35,234 bases of DNA from the IMG/VR virus record IMGVR_UViG_3300017766_001184, positions 1 through 35,234 of that record. One strand, 5' to 3'. Positions within the stretch are counted from its first letter, which is position 1, and the number at the start of each line of letters is the position of its first letter. A program made the position numbers and the translations under genes. Positions 34,852 through 35,234 of this stretch are shown one piece after another. Source of the DNA: a virus (lineage: Duplodnaviria; Caudoviricetes). The notes under the pieces are model-generated. The model searched no databases and had not been told where the DNA came from. It was given only the letters and a program-made list of their open reading frames with translations.

Positions 34852-35164
34852 CTATGCCGTCCTTAGCGACCGGCTTGCGCGCCGCGATCTCGGCCATCGT
34901 CGCCCGGAGCTCGCGGGCAAGGCCCGCCTTCGCCGAGGCTGGAGTGTCGGAACGCCGCAGGGTCGTCCGCAGCTCGGCTGCGATCTCCTCCAGCGTCAGG
35001 GGCTTGTCGTCCGCGACCGGGTCGGGCGTGGTGAACGGCAGGTCGACGACGACCGCGGGGGCGCGGTGGCCTCGTCCGTAGCGGACCCGGCACTTCGCGT
35101 CACAGAACTTGGCGCGCTTGTCGCGGCCCTCGAGGGAACCGCCGCACGCATCACACCGACGCAT
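34814..35164 (-). CDS. Terminase small subunit-like protein with N-terminal Zn finger
   Basis: CDACG...AKFCDAKCR; LARELRATMAEI...DGIDELLDRRNRR; GAGGAGG RBS before ATG 35164; overlaps terL. Confidence 0.72.
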   Translation of the reverse strand: MRRCDACGGSLEGRDKRAKFCDAKCRVRYGRGHRAPAVVVDLPFTTPDPVADDKPLTLEEIAAELRTTLRRSDTPASAKAGLARELRATMAEIAARKPVAKDGIDELLDRRNRRTS

Positions 35165-35234
35165 GGCACCTCCTCGGTTGCGCAACGCCTCCCGTGGTCA
35201 GCGGAGAAAATGAAGCGGGCGCGTTCCCCTCTTC

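Noticed and set aside
35165-35234. Possible cos/packaging region upstream of the small terminase
   Set aside because: The position is suggestive, but the window ends here and no cohesive-end sequence can be defined.

Overview
The window is most of a compact, very GC-rich tailed phage genome of actinobacterial type (siphovirus-like, HK97-type head module). Almost all genes are on the minus strand and are linked by ATGA/GTGA stop-start overlaps. Read right to left, it contains: terminase small and large subunits, portal, prohead protease, and a major capsid gene broken by a one-base frameshift; three extra fibre-like genes; an adaptor with an Ig-like N-terminal extension; tail terminator, tail tube, tail chaperone with a -1 extension, a short tape measure and a two-gene tail tip; a lysis region (r1t-like holin, Zn-peptidase endolysin, beta-helix depolymerase); a roughly 330-bp intergenic block tiled with hairpins; a DEDD exonuclease cluster; a divergent small serine recombinase/HNH pair; an RHH regulator with its promoter and operators; lambda-type exonuclease plus partner; three DNA methyltransferases; a Zn-finger/HTH/WhiB-like fusion; a plus-strand RHH mini-operon; a split replication initiator with iterons; RusA; HNH; and a partial Zn-ribbon regulator. 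I see no tyrosine or large serine integrase, CI-type repressor, parAB, tRNA, CRISPR array or reverse transcriptase. The most unusual observations are the hairpin-tiled block, a small free-standing protein resembling the tape-measure C-terminus, an antisense ORF that bridges the inserted RHH cassette, and the head/neck fibre module. All product calls come from motifs read by eye; no database searches were run.
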